From: an uncultured Chloroflexia bacterium | GTDB taxonomy: Bacteria > Chloroflexota > Limnocylindria > QHBO01 | Direction of reading: 5' to 3' | Assembly (NCBI GenBank): GCA_963814375.1 | Contig: CAWFCQ010000005.1 | Span: 128,304 to 192,303 of the forward strand | Length of the DNA: 64,000 nucleotides | Shown here: positions 10,632-20,362 of the stretch, in pieces | Layout of the letters: every line of letters begins with the position of its first letter | Position numbering within the stretch: the stretch's first letter is position 1 | The notes under the pieces: generated by a model | What the model was told of the DNA's origin: nothing | The model's input: only the letters and a program-made list of their open reading frames with translations | The model's database searches: none | Made by a program: the position numbers and the translations under genes

Positions 10632-11752
10632 GAGAGCCTCCGCTCGTTGAGCGGGGTGACGTCCTCGGCGAAGTGGCAGGCGCTCATGTGCCCGCCGCCT
10701 ATGTCGCGCAGCGGCGGCTCCTCCACCGTGCAGATCTCCTGCGCCATGGGGCAGCGCGTGTGGAAGCGGCAGCCCGACGGCGGGTTGGCCGGAGAGGGCA
10801 GGTCTCCCTTGAGGACGATGCGCTCGCGGCGGACGGTCGGATCCGGGATCGGGATGGCCGAGAGGAGAGCCTTCGTGTACGGGTGCTTGGGCTGCTCGTA
10901 CAGGGAGTCTGCCTCCGCCAGCTCGACGAGCTTGCCCAGGTACATCACGCCGACGCGGCTCGAGAGGTGCCGCACGACGGCGAGGTTGTGGGCGATGAAC
11001 AGGTAGGTGAGCTGGAACTCGTCCTGGAGGTCGCTCAGCAGGTTGAGCACCTGCGACTGAATGCTGACGTCGAGGGCGCTGACCGGCTCGTCGCACACGA
11101 TGAACTTCGGCCGCAGCGCCAGGGCGCGCGCGATCCCGATGCGCTGGCGCTGGCCACCGCTGAACTCGTGCGGATAGCGGTGGATGTGCTGCTGGTTGAG
11201 GCCCACCCGCTTGAGCAGGTCGCGGACCGCGGCCTCACGCTCGCGCTTGTTCGTCATCCCATGGACGAAGAGGCCCTCGCCGACGATCTCACCCACGCTC
11301 ATGCGGGGGTTGAGGCTGGCGTACGGGTCCTGGAACACGACCTGGATGTCGCGGCGGGCCGCCTTCAGCTGGCGAGCATTGAGCGAGAAGAGCGGCTTCC
11401 CCTCGAAGCTCACGCTTCCGCCCGTCGGCGGAATGAGGCGGAGGATGACCTTGCCCAGCGTCGTCTTGCCGCAGCCCGACTCGCCTACCAGGCCGAGGGT
11501 CTCGCCCTCGTGCACGTTGAAGCTGACGCCGTCCACCGCGCGCACCGCGCCGAGCTTGGTGAAGCCGAACAGGCCGCCCCGGATATCGAAATGCTTGACG
11601 AGATCGGTGACCTCGAGGAGCGGCGCGCCGGCCGCGCCACCGCGTGCAGTCGTTCGCTGAGCGCTGGTCTGCCCGCCACTCGTCGTATCGCCCTCAGCCG
11701 CGGGCGGCGGGTCGGGCCTCCGCTCGGACAGCTCCGGCGTCTGGCTCGTCAT
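10628..11752 (-). CDS. Peptide ABC transporter ATP-binding protein (OppF/DppF type)
   Basis: GESGCGKTT (Walker A), [15 protein letters not shown] (signature), [12 protein letters not shown] (Walker B), and a C-terminal oligopeptide-type Cys motif [11 protein letters not shown] 11752 overlaps the upstream stop (ATGA). Confidence 0.88.
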   Translation of the reverse strand: MTSQTPELSERRPDPPPAAEGDTTSGGQTSAQRTTARGGAAGAPLLEVTDLVKHFDIRGGLFGFTKLGAVRAVDGVSFNVHEGETLGLVGESGCGKTTLGKVILRLIPPTGGSVSFEGKPLFSLNARQLKAARRDIQVVFQDPYASLNPRMSVGEIVGEGLFVHGMTNKREREAAVRDLLKRVGLNQQHIHRYPHEFSGGQRQRIGIARALALRPKFIVCDEPVSALDVSIQSQVLNLLSDLQDEFQLTYLFIAHNLAVVRHLSSRVGVMYLGKLVELAEADSLYEQPKHPYTKALLSAIPIPDPTVRRERIVLKGDLPSPANPPSGCRFHTRCPMAQEICTVEEPPLRDIGGGHMSACHFAEDVTPLNERRLS

Positions 11753-12846
11753 GCCGTCGCCTCCTGAGTGGAGAGCGTGTCCGCCACTGGCTCGACGGTC
11801 AGCTGCGCGGCAGCCGCGAGCGCCTCCTCGCCGGTCGCGTCGGCGCCGGCCTCGGGCGTCTCCCCGGCAGGCGTCAGCCAGCATCGGCTCAGATGGCCCT
11901 CGCCGACCTTGCGGTACGGCGGGGCGGTATCGCAGATCTGCATCCGATGCGGGCACCGGCGCTTGAAGAGGCAGCCGCTCGGGAGGTTGTAGGGCGAGGG
12001 CACGGTGCCCTTGATGACCTCGAGCCGATCAACCCGCTCGTCCAGCCGCGGGATCGAGTGCAGCAGCCCCTGCGTGTAGGGGTGATGGGGCGACCCGAAG
12101 ATGATGCGCACGTCACCGCGCTCGACGACCTTGCCGGCGTACATGACCACGACCTCGTCCGCCATCTCGGCCACGACGCCGAGATCGTGGGTGATGAGCA
12201 TGATCGCCATCCGGTTCTTCTGGCGCAGGTCGCGCATCACCTCCAGGATCTGGGCCTGGATCGTGACGTCGAGGGCGGTCGTCGGCTCGTCGGCGATGAG
12301 CAGGTCGGGATCGGTCGAGAGCGCCATCGCGATCATGACGCGCTGGCGCATGCCGCCGCTGAGCTGGTGCGGATACTCCTTCGCGCGCCGCTTCGCGTCG
12401 GAGATGCCCACCAGCGAGAGCATCTGGACGGCGCGGTCCATGCCTTCCCGCGCACTTGCGGCGGTGTGCTGCTGCACGGCCTCGCTGATCTGGTCGCCGC
12501 AGGTGAATACCGGGTTCAGGCTCGTCATGGGCTCCTGGAAGATCATGCTCACCTGGTCGCCGCGGACGTCGCGGATCTCCTCGTTGGACTTCTCCAGAAG
12601 ATCCTCGCCGTTGAGCACGATCTGGCCCGCGACGATCCTGCCGGGCCGCTCGATGAGCCGCATCACCGAGAGGCTGGTGATGCTCTTGCCGCAGCCGGAC
12701 TCTCCGACAACGCCCAGCGTCTGCCCGTGCCCGATCTCAAAGGTTACGCCGTCGACCGCCTTGACCGTCCCGTCCTGGGTGAAGAAATGGGTCTTGAGGC
12801 CCTTGATCTCCAGGAGAGGGCCGACATGCCGGGCGGCGTCCGTCAT
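11749..12846 (-). CDS. Peptide ABC transporter ATP-binding protein (OppD/DppD type)
   Basis: [38 protein letters not shown]-terminal CLFKRRCP. Confidence 0.88.
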   Translation of the reverse strand: MTDAARHVGPLLEIKGLKTHFFTQDGTVKAVDGVTFEIGHGQTLGVVGESGCGKSITSLSVMRLIERPGRIVAGQIVLNGEDLLEKSNEEIRDVRGDQVSMIFQEPMTSLNPVFTCGDQISEAVQQHTAASAREGMDRAVQMLSLVGISDAKRRAKEYPHQLSGGMRQRVMIAMALSTDPDLLIADEPTTALDVTIQAQILEVMRDLRQKNRMAIMLITHDLGVVAEMADEVVVMYAGKVVERGDVRIIFGSPHHPYTQGLLHSIPRLDERVDRLEVIKGTVPSPYNLPSGCLFKRRCPHRMQICDTAPPYRKVGEGHLSRCWLTPAGETPEAGADATGEEALAAAAQLTVEPVADTLSTQEATA

Positions 12847-13781
12847 CGCTCGACGCGCTGACGCGGGTCGAGCGCATCGCGCATTCCGTCGCCCAGGAAG
12901 TTCGCGGAGAGGACGATGAGGATCAGCACGATGCTCGGGAAGACGACGAGGTACGGCTCGCGGTTCAGGTACTCGAAGGCGACGTTGAGCAGCGTCCCCA
13001 GGCTGGCCTGGTCGGCGCTGATGCCGAAGCCGAGGAAGCTGAGGGCGGCCTCCAGCACCACCGAATCGGCCACCCCGAGGCTGGCGGCGACGATGATCGG
13101 CGCCAGCGCCGGCGGCAGCATGTGGCGCATGATGATGCGCCGCGGGCTGGCGCCCAGCGCCTTCGCCGCGGCGACGTAGTCGGCCTCGCGCAGCGAGAGG
13201 AACTCGGCGCGCACGAGGCGCGCGGAGAGCGTCCAGCCGGTGATGCCAATGGCCAGGATGATCGAGGCGATGCTCGCTCCCCAGAAGGCCACGAAGGCGA
13301 TGATGATGAAGAGGCCAGGCAGGGCCAGCGCGATGTCGACCACCCGCATCAGCAGGTTGTCGACCCAGCCACCCGCGAAGCCGGCCACCGAGCCGACCAG
13401 CGTGCCGATGATCACGATGATCAGGACCGCCGCGAAGCCGATCATGAGCGACGTGCCCGTGGCGGCCATGAGCACGCCGAAGATGTTGTACCCGGTGCGC
13501 GCGTAGCCGAGGATGGCCAGGGTCAGCTGGCCCTGATCGTTGAAGATCTCGGGCGGGTCGAAGCTGCGGCTGGCGCTCAACCGCAGCGTATCCCCCGCGA
13601 CGGCCGGCACGACGAGCGACAGAACGATCAGCGCAACGAGGGTAAGGGCGCCGATCACCGCCAGGCGATGATGGACGAACCGTTGTCGTGCGAGCTGCCA
13701 GTAGCTCCGAACCTCGGTCCGGTCGATGTCCTCGGTGTCGTCGAATTGCCCCTGGCGAACGTCGATCGTCGTTTCGGCCAT
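12843..13781 (-). CDS. Peptide ABC transporter permease (OppC/DppC type)
   Basis: 312 aa, about 6 TM segments, EAA-type loop ...ADYVAAAKALGASPRRIIMRHMLP. Confidence 0.85.
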   Translation of the reverse strand: MAETTIDVRQGQFDDTEDIDRTEVRSYWQLARQRFVHHRLAVIGALTLVALIVLSLVVPAVAGDTLRLSASRSFDPPEIFNDQGQLTLAILGYARTGYNIFGVLMAATGTSLMIGFAAVLIIVIIGTLVGSVAGFAGGWVDNLLMRVVDIALALPGLFIIIAFVAFWGASIASIILAIGITGWTLSARLVRAEFLSLREADYVAAAKALGASPRRIIMRHMLPPALAPIIVAASLGVADSVVLEAALSFLGFGISADQASLGTLLNVAFEYLNREPYLVVFPSIVLILIVLSANFLGDGMRDALDPRQRVER

Positions 13782-13790
13782 GGGTGGCTC

Positions 13791-14753
13791 CTAGTACTTG
13801 ATGCGGGGATCGACGACCCCGTACATGATGTCGGCCACGAGGTTGCCGAGGACCACGGCGATCCCTCCCATCAAGACGAATGCCATGACCACCGGGTAGT
13901 CACGCTGGCCGACCGCCTCGAGCCCGAGCAGGCCGAGCCCTGGCCACGAGAAGATGCCCTCCGTGATCGCGGCGCCGGCGATCAGGCTCGGCAGCGAAAG
14001 GCCGAGCAGCGTGATGACCGGGATGAGGGCGTTGCGCAGGGCGTGGCGGAAGTTCACGCGGCGCCCACCGAGCCCCTTCGCCTTGGCGGTGCGGATGTAG
14101 TCCTGGTGGAGGACTTCCAGCATGGTGGCGCGCACGTAGCGCGACCATCCGGCGATGCTCTGGATCGCGAGGCTGGCGACTGGCAGCACCATGTGCCACG
14201 CGATGTCGAGCGGGTCACCCTCGACCCGGAGGCTGCTCGTCATGCCGCGCGCCGGGAAGATGCCGAGATAGAAGGCGCCGAAGTAGAGGAGGTAGGTGCC
14301 GATCACGAACGACGGCATCGCGTAGCCGATCGTCGCGAAGGTCGTCACGACCTTGTCGGCGATGCTGTACTGCCTGATCGCCGCCAGCATCCCTAGCGGG
14401 ATCGCCACGATGACGGTGACGAGCAGCGCCGTCCCCATGAGCAGCAGCGTCGCCGGCGTGCGCTCGGCGATGAGCTCGAGGACCGGCCGCCGGGCCGTGA
14501 TGCTGATGCCCCATGCATCGATGCGCCAGATCTGGACGTAGTTCGTGATCCAGCCGACGAACTGCTCCGGCAGCGGCTCGTTCAGCCCATAGATATCGCG
14601 CAGGCGCTCGATCGTCTCGGGCGACACGTTGGGGGTATAGAAACGCCCCAGGGGGTCACCCGGGGCGAGGTACACGAGCAGGAATGAGATAACCGCGACA
14701 CCGAAGAGAATCGGGATGGCAAGGATGATTCGTCGGATCACGTAGCTGAGCAT
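13791..14753 (-). CDS. Peptide ABC transporter permease (OppB/DppB type)
   Basis: 320 aa, starts MLSYVIRRIILAIP, EAA loop QDYIRTAKAKGLGGRRVNFRHALRNAL. Confidence 0.85.
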   Translation of the reverse strand: MLSYVIRRIILAIPILFGVAVISFLLVYLAPGDPLGRFYTPNVSPETIERLRDIYGLNEPLPEQFVGWITNYVQIWRIDAWGISITARRPVLELIAERTPATLLLMGTALLVTVIVAIPLGMLAAIRQYSIADKVVTTFATIGYAMPSFVIGTYLLYFGAFYLGIFPARGMTSSLRVEGDPLDIAWHMVLPVASLAIQSIAGWSRYVRATMLEVLHQDYIRTAKAKGLGGRRVNFRHALRNALIPVITLLGLSLPSLIAGAAITEGIFSWPGLGLLGLEAVGQRDYPVVMAFVLMGGIAVVLGNLVADIMYGVVDPRIKY

Positions 14754-14829
14754 TCGCGTCGATCTCGTTTCTGCTCCTGTGACGGAGCCTGCTGACGACT
14801 GGCTCGGATCGAATCAACGAAAGGTTAGC

Positions 14830-14861
14830 GGGTGGATGACGCCGAGAGGCGTCACCCACCC
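14830..14861 (-). other. Intercistronic stem-loop between the binding-protein gene and the first permease gene
   Basis: GGGTGGATGACGCC-GAGA-GGCGTCACCCACCC: a 14-bp stem with one mismatch, 52 nt after the SBP stop. On the transcribed strand it is followed by CCUUUCGUU. Confidence 0.5.
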
Positions 14862-14912
14862 CGGGTGAGATGGTCGCGGGGCGCCCGCGGTGGGCACCCC
14901 GCTCACGATCGA

Positions 14913-16973
14913 CTACTCGTCGGCGGCCTTCGCGAGATGCTCTCGCCTCCAGCCCCAGAGCGGCGAGTCGAGCTCGAGTGGCCCGTCGTCGTACTGCATG
15001 CCAGCCGACAGGCCGTCCGCGTTCACGTTGGACCACGCGAACAGGTACGGCTGCAGCTCCTGCATGCGAGCCTGGTACTGGAAGTAGATCTCGGTTCGCG
15101 CCGCCTGGTCAGAGGTGGCGAGGCCATCCTCGATCAGCTGGTCGATCTCGTCGTCCTGCAGGCACACGTAGTTGTACCCGTCCGGTGCATCCTCACTCGT
15201 GCACTGCGAGCTGTGGAAGAGCGCGTACGGATCGGGATCCGGCGTCACGCCCCACCCACCGAAGTAGGCATGCCACGGCTCGTTTTGGCCCGGCGGGATG
15301 TGCGGGTAGGTCAGCGAGGGGATGAGGACGGTCTGGAAGTCAGCCGCCTCGACCTGGATCTCGATGCCGCATTCGAGAACCTCCTCCGCGAGGAGGTTCA
15401 TGAAGTCGACACGGTCCTGCTGGCCCGCGCGAACGAGCACGAGGGCCGAGAGGCGCTCGCCATCCTCGTTCACGTAGATCCCGTCGTCGCCCTCCGTCCA
15501 CGTGTGGACGGTCGCGGTCTCGATCAGCTCCCGAGCATGCTCGGGATCCTTCTCGACGGCGACGATGTCGGGGTTGAACGCCCACGACGCCGGCGGGATG
15601 TCGGACTCGATCGGCACACCGTTCCCATCGGTCGCGATCTCGACCAGGCCCGGCTTGTCGATGCAGTACTGCACTGCCTGGCGCAGGTTGATGTCATAGA
15701 ACCAACCCTGCCACTCCTCGCCACTCGCGAGGGTCGTGGACTCATGCATGTTGTACTGCATGTCGTAGTTGCCGAAGTCGTTGTACTCGGCCAGTTGGAG
15801 GGATCCATCCTCCACGGCGCTGGCGACGGCCGCACGGGCGTCCGGCGTCAGGTCGTTGACCCAGTCGAGCTGGCCGCCGGCGAGCGCGTTGGCCGCGGTC
15901 GCGACGTCCGTGAAGATCGGCATCTCGATGGTCTGGGTGACCGGAGCGCCGTTCCAATAGTCGGCGAAGGCGGTGAGGACACAGCCCTCGGTGCTGCACT
16001 CGTCGAGCTGATACGGGCCCGATCCGACCGGTTCGCGGTTGAAGCTCAGCAGCTGGTAGGCGGCGGCGACCGAGTCGATGCCCTCCGTGGCCAGGCTGTC
16101 AGCAACGCTCGTGGTCGGAACGATCAGGCTGTCGGCAAACTCGCACTTGCCGTCGCTCGTCTCGTCGACGTCCGCGGTCTCGGGATCATCCTCGGCCACG
16201 AAGTCTTCGACTGCACCGTGCTCGATGCCAGCCGTGTCAAGGATCTCGACTGCCGCGTTGGCAGCCGTCTCGCACGCAGCCGTATCGAGCGGATCGGCGG
16301 TCGAGGTGGTCTCCAGCGCGGTGACCGCGGCGGCGACATCCTCGGCGCTGAGGCCCTCGGTGCCACCCGCGAACTCCTCGTAGGCGGCCTCGATGACGGC
16401 CTTCGACTCGATGCCGATGCCGGGGAGAACCGTGGTCGAAAACGGCGCGTACGGCTCGATCAGCGTGAACACGACGGTCGTGTCGTCAACCGCTTCAACC
16501 GACTCCAGGAAGGGAGCCAGGCAGACCGACGGGTTGAACGTGCAGTTCTCGCTGATGGCGAGCTGATAGCTGTACACCACGTCATCGACGGTGATCGGGT
16601 CACCGTTGTGGAAGAACGCGTTGTCGACGATCGTGCAGGTCCACGTGATCTCGTCCTCGCTGACCTCGCAGAGGTCGGCGGCGAGCTGCGGCACGGGGGT
16701 CAGCGTGTCGTCGAGCGTGTACATGAAGTCGTAAATCAGGGCCGTGATGCGGCCGGTCGGAACGTCAGTGTTGGCGTTCGACATGTTGCCGACCTGGGCG
16801 TCCAGCGCCATCGTGATCGTGTCGGCAAAACCAGTTGGGGCTTCACTGCCCGCCGGCTCGGAGCCAGCTGGCTCAGAGCCTTCCGGGGACTCTCCGGTCT
16901 GCGTACCACACGCAGTCAGGATCAGAGCCCCGGAGAAGAGGAATGCAAGCGCATTCCACTTGGTCCGTCTCAT
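14913..16973 (-). CDS. ABC transporter substrate-binding lipoprotein, family 5 (OppA/DppA-like), unusually long (686 aa)
   Basis: Inner ATG 16973 with GGAGGGAG upstream. Signal peptide and lipobox MRRTKWNALAFLFSGALILTAC. Family-5 core (ITMALDAQVGN..., FHNGDPITVDDVVYSY, ...FGGWG...) plus an acidic insertion. Confidence 0.85.
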   Translation of the reverse strand: MRRTKWNALAFLFSGALILTACGTQTGESPEGSEPAGSEPAGSEAPTGFADTITMALDAQVGNMSNANTDVPTGRITALIYDFMYTLDDTLTPVPQLAADLCEVSEDEITWTCTIVDNAFFHNGDPITVDDVVYSYQLAISENCTFNPSVCLAPFLESVEAVDDTTVVFTLIEPYAPFSTTVLPGIGIESKAVIEAAYEEFAGGTEGLSAEDVAAAVTALETTSTADPLDTAACETAANAAVEILDTAGIEHGAVEDFVAEDDPETADVDETSDGKCEFADSLIVPTTSVADSLATEGIDSVAAAYQLLSFNREPVGSGPYQLDECSTEGCVLTAFADYWNGAPVTQTIEMPIFTDVATAANALAGGQLDWVNDLTPDARAAVASAVEDGSLQLAEYNDFGNYDMQYNMHESTTLASGEEWQGWFYDINLRQAVQYCIDKPGLVEIATDGNGVPIESDIPPASWAFNPDIVAVEKDPEHARELIETATVHTWTEGDDGIYVNEDGERLSALVLVRAGQQDRVDFMNLLAEEVLECGIEIQVEAADFQTVLIPSLTYPHIPPGQNEPWHAYFGGWGVTPDPDPYALFHSSQCTSEDAPDGYNYVCLQDDEIDQLIEDGLATSDQAARTEIYFQYQARMQELQPYLFAWSNVNADGLSAGMQYDDGPLELDSPLWGWRREHLAKAADE

Positions 16974-17062
16974 TAACTCCCTCCAGTGGATGGGGATGGG
17001 GAACGGTGTGCGGGCACGCCGTTGGACGCGCACGAGCGAGCGTCCGGCCCGACCGGCCGTTG

Positions 17063-17068
17063 ATTATA
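17063..17068 (-). promoter_or_regulatory. Possible -10 box (TATAAT) upstream of the peptide ABC operon
   Basis: A perfect TATAAT on the minus strand in an otherwise GC-rich spacer, about 90 nt upstream of the SBP ATG. There is no convincing -35. Confidence 0.25.
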
Positions 17069-17226
17069 TCTGCCTGTCCACCTCCTTGCGCACTCGCAGA
17101 GTCCCTGGGACTCGGCGAAAGTTCTCGGGTTGGCCAAGCTTCGGGCGCATGCCGTTGCCGGAGACCCGAGCAGGCCTCCCGAATTGCGTCCGTTTCCCGT
17201 TACTAGGCCCGCGGTGGCGGGAAGGT

Positions 17227-18060
17227 TCATTCGCCTCGGGACGGGTCGCTCGGCGTCGATGCCACCGCCGCCACCAGCGCCCGGCGTCCATCGGCCGTGA
17301 ACGCCTCCTCGACGGCGACGCCGAAGGCCCGCTGGGCGAGCGCCGGGTCGATGCCGTGCAGCCCGTCGCCGGCGGGGAGCAGCCGACCCGCGTGAAGGAG
17401 CATCGTCCGATCGGCGAAGGCGTCGGCGAGGTTCAGGTCGTGCAGCACGGCCACCACCGTGAGCCGCCGCGCGGCGCGGAGCCGCTCGAGCGTCCGGAGC
17501 AGCCCGAGCTGATGCCCCACGTCGAGGTGCAAGGTCGGCTCGTCGAGCAGGAGGAGCGACGGCTCCTGGGCCAGCGCCAGGGCGACGAGGGCGCGTTGTC
17601 GCTCGCCGCCGGAGAGCTGGTCGATCGGGCGAGATGCGAGGTCCTCCGCGTCGGCGTCGCGCAGCGCGTCGCCCACCGCCTCCGCGTCCTGTGCGGTCGA
17701 GCTGAAGAGGGTGGTCGCATGCGGGATGCGACCGAGCGCGACGACCTCCGCAACCGTCAGCCCCGCGGGCAGCTCGGCCAGCTGCGGCAGGACCGCGACC
17801 CTGCGGGCGACTTCGCGCCGCGTCCACGACCGCAACGGCCGGCCATGCAGGCGCACCTCGCCCTGGTCCGGCGCGAGGGTCCCGCCGAGCACGCGCAGCA
17901 GCGTCGTCTTGCCGCTGCCGTTCGCCCCGAGCACGGCGACCATCTCGCCGCTGGCCACGGCGAGGTCGACGCCGTCGAGGACGTGGCGTCGCCGATCCGG
18001 TGCCCCGTAACCGGCCGAGACGGATCGCAGCTGCGCGACCGCTGCAGCGAGCTCAGCCAT
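17227..18060 (-). CDS. btuD: ABC transporter ATP-binding protein, Fe-siderophore/cobalamin (FecE/BtuD) type
   Basis: GANGSGKTTLL, LSGGERQRALVALAL, LLLLDEPTLHLD. Last gene of a riboswitch-led three-gene operon. Confidence 0.8.
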   Translation of the reverse strand: MAELAAAVAQLRSVSAGYGAPDRRRHVLDGVDLAVASGEMVAVLGANGSGKTTLLRVLGGTLAPDQGEVRLHGRPLRSWTRREVARRVAVLPQLAELPAGLTVAEVVALGRIPHATTLFSSTAQDAEAVGDALRDADAEDLASRPIDQLSGGERQRALVALALAQEPSLLLLDEPTLHLDVGHQLGLLRTLERLRAARRLTVVAVLHDLNLADAFADRTMLLHAGRLLPAGDGLHGIDPALAQRAFGVAVEEAFTADGRRALVAAVASTPSDPSRGE

Positions 18061-19126
18061 GAACCGCCAGCGAGCGTCGCAGGAGCCAGAGGAAGAACGG
18101 TGCGCCGATCAGGGCGGTGACGATGCCGACCGGGATTCCGCCGGCTAGCCGGGCGCCGAGGTCCGCCAGCACGAGCAGCACGGCGCCGTAGACCAGGCTG
18201 GCAGGCAGCAGGAGCCGATGGTCGGGCCCGAACGCGAGGCGCAGCAGGTGAGGCACCACCAGGCCGACGAACCCGATCGTCCCCGCGATCGCGACGCCGG
18301 CCGACGTGGCCAGGGCGGCGAGGGAGATCAGGATCGCCTTCTCGCGCTCCACCTCCAGGCCGAGGTGCAATGCGCCGGGCTCACCCAGAAGGAACGCGTT
18401 CAGCGTCCGCCATCGGACGAGGATGAGGATGAAGGCCATGACGATCAGGGGGGCGGCGACCGCGAGACGTGGCCAGCTCGCCCCCGCGAGCGAGCCGAGC
18501 AGCCACGTCACCACCGCGCCGAGCCGATCCCCCGACAGGAACATCAGCATCGCCACGCCGGCCGACAGCAGCGACGAGACGGCATAGCCGGCCAGCAGCA
18601 GGGTCACGACGGGCGTGCCGGCTCGTCCGCGCGCGATGGCGTACACGACGGTCACCGCGGCCAGGCCCCCGGCGAAGGCGAGCAGCTGGACGAAACCGAT
18701 GCCGAGCCATGCCGGTGCCGTGATGACCAGGAGGGCCGGCACGATGAGCGCGGCGACCGCACCGAGGGAGGCGCCGGCCGCCGTGCCGATCACGTACGGG
18801 TCCGCCATCGGGTTGCGCAGGACCGCCTGGAACACGGTTCCCGCGCACGCCAGGCCGGCGCCGACCACGATGCCGGCGGCGATGCGCGGCAGGCGCAGCT
18901 CCCACACGATCGTCTCGGCCGATGCCGGCCAGCTCACGGATCCAACCCCGAACAGTCGATGCGCGACGATGGCCACGGCATCGGCGGGGCCGACACCGCT
19001 CGTTCCGAGCGCCAGCGCCGCCAGCACGGCCACCGCCAGGGCCAGCAGGCCGGCGCCGAGCACGAGCGTCGTGCGGCCGAGGCTCGGCCCGAGCGTCAGC
19101 GTGCGCGGAGCGGCGATGGCGCCCAC
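18053..19126 (-). CDS. btuC: FecCD-family permease (BtuC type)
   Basis: 357 aa, about 9-10 TM segments, FecCD-like ...RNPMADPYVIG..., ...IGFVGLVVPHLLR... Confidence 0.8.
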   Translation of the reverse strand: MGAIAAPRTLTLGPSLGRTTLVLGAGLLALAVAVLAALALGTSGVGPADAVAIVAHRLFGVGSVSWPASAETIVWELRLPRIAAGIVVGAGLACAGTVFQAVLRNPMADPYVIGTAAGASLGAVAALIVPALLVITAPAWLGIGFVQLLAFAGGLAAVTVVYAIARGRAGTPVVTLLLAGYAVSSLLSAGVAMLMFLSGDRLGAVVTWLLGSLAGASWPRLAVAAPLIVMAFILILVRWRTLNAFLLGEPGALHLGLEVEREKAILISLAALATSAGVAIAGTIGFVGLVVPHLLRLAFGPDHRLLLPASLVYGAVLLVLADLGARLAGGIPVGIVTALIGAPFFLWLLRRSLAVHG

Positions 19127-19129
19127 CGC

Positions 19130-20128
19130 TCAGTCGAACCGATCCGGGTGAATGGCGCGCGCCAGCGCCTCGAGGCCATCCACGATCCTCGGCCCCGGCC
19201 GCGTCGTGACGATGTCGTCGAGGTAGGGCACGACATCACCGCCGCTCACCGCGGTCAGCTCGGCCCATCCCGGCCTGGCGGCCACCGTCGCGAGCGCGGA
19301 CTCCGGGTCGGCGAGGGCGGGGTCATACGACGCCGAGCCAAGCAGGATGAGCTCGGGATCGGCGGCGACGAGGTCCTCCGGTGCGATCAGCCCCTGGGCG
19401 TCGCCCGTGACCGGCGTTCCGCCGGCAAGCTCGACGAGCGACGCGAGGAACGAGCCCTCGCCGGCGGTGTAGATCGATCCCTCGGCGTAGAAGACCTCGT
19501 ACATGGTGCGGGGCAGCTCGACGCCCTCGAGCGCCGCGGTCACCGCATCGACGCGATCGCGCATCTCGCCGACGAGGTCATCGGCCGCAGACGATGCGTC
19601 GATGGCCTGTCCGACCAGCTCGATGCCGGCATAGACCTCGTCGAGCGACTCGGGGTAGAGGACGAGCACCTGGAGCCCGAGCTCGTCGAGCTGCTCGATC
19701 ACCGTGGTCGGCGTGATCTCGTTGCCGGCGGCCAGGACGAGGTCCGGCTCGGCTGCGACGACGAGCTCCGGATCGACCTGGGCGGCAATGACGACGTCGG
19801 CAACGTCTGCGACCTCGGGCGGGTAGTCGTCGAAGTCGGTCACGCCCACGAGCCGGTCGCACGCGTCGAGCGCGCAGACGATCTCCGTGTTCGACGGAGC
19901 GAGACTGACGATTCGCTCCGGTGCCGCGTCGAGGGTGATCTCCCGCCCGGCATCGTCCGTCAGCGTCACCGGAAAGGCGGGAGCCTCGCTTGCGCTCTCC
20001 CTCGGCGAGCTGGGGACAGAAGCCGCCGGCTCCGTGGGCGAGGCGGAAGGGTCCGTGCCGCTGCAGGCGGCGAGCAGGGCGAGGCCGAGACTGGCCAGGG
20101 GAAGAAAAAGCCGCGTTCGAGAAGCCAT
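19130..20128 (-). CDS. btuF: Periplasmic binding lipoprotein, BtuF/class 8 type
   Basis: Lipobox LALLAAC, Pro/Ser linker, then ITLDAAPERIVSLAPSNTEIVCAL...DLVLAAG typical of cobalamin/siderophore SBPs. Preceded by a cobalamin riboswitch. Confidence 0.75.
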   Translation of the reverse strand: MASRTRLFLPLASLGLALLAACSGTDPSASPTEPAASVPSSPRESASEAPAFPVTLTDDAGREITLDAAPERIVSLAPSNTEIVCALDACDRLVGVTDFDDYPPEVADVADVVIAAQVDPELVVAAEPDLVLAAGNEITPTTVIEQLDELGLQVLVLYPESLDEVYAGIELVGQAIDASSAADDLVGEMRDRVDAVTAALEGVELPRTMYEVFYAEGSIYTAGEGSFLASLVELAGGTPVTGDAQGLIAPEDLVAADPELILLGSASYDPALADPESALATVAARPGWAELTAVSGGDVVPYLDDIVTTRPGPRIVDGLEALARAIHPDRFD

Positions 20129-20134
20129 GGCTGA

Positions 20135-20300
20135 TGCCGTTCCCTTTCACTCGAGGGGGCATGACATCGCGATCGGGCTGGTCGACCTGGCTCCCGCGTC
20201 CCGTCCGGTTGGTCCGGGGCGCGGATACAGTAGCGGGACTGCGCCGGCCTTGAACCGGCTTCGCCAATTAACCGTCCGCCTTTCGGGGACGGCACCCGTC
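20135..20300 (-). promoter_or_regulatory. Cobalamin (B12) riboswitch in the 5' leader of btuF
   Basis: The minus-strand RNA reads GGUGCCGUCCCCGAAAGGCGGACGGUUAAUUGGCGAAGCCGGUUCAAGGCCGGCGCAGUCCCGCUACUGUAUCCGC...GGGAGCCAGGUCGACC. It shows the conserved GAAGCCGGU..CCGGCGC..GUCCCGCUACUGU core (B12 box GCUACUG, plus strand 20227-20234). A 3' segment CCCCCU can pair with the AAGGGAA ribosome-binding region. Confidence 0.8.
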
Positions 20301-20362
20301 GTGCGTGTCTTCGGTTGACGCGGCTGATGCTACCACCGGCGGTGCGCCGGCTCAGCGCCGGC

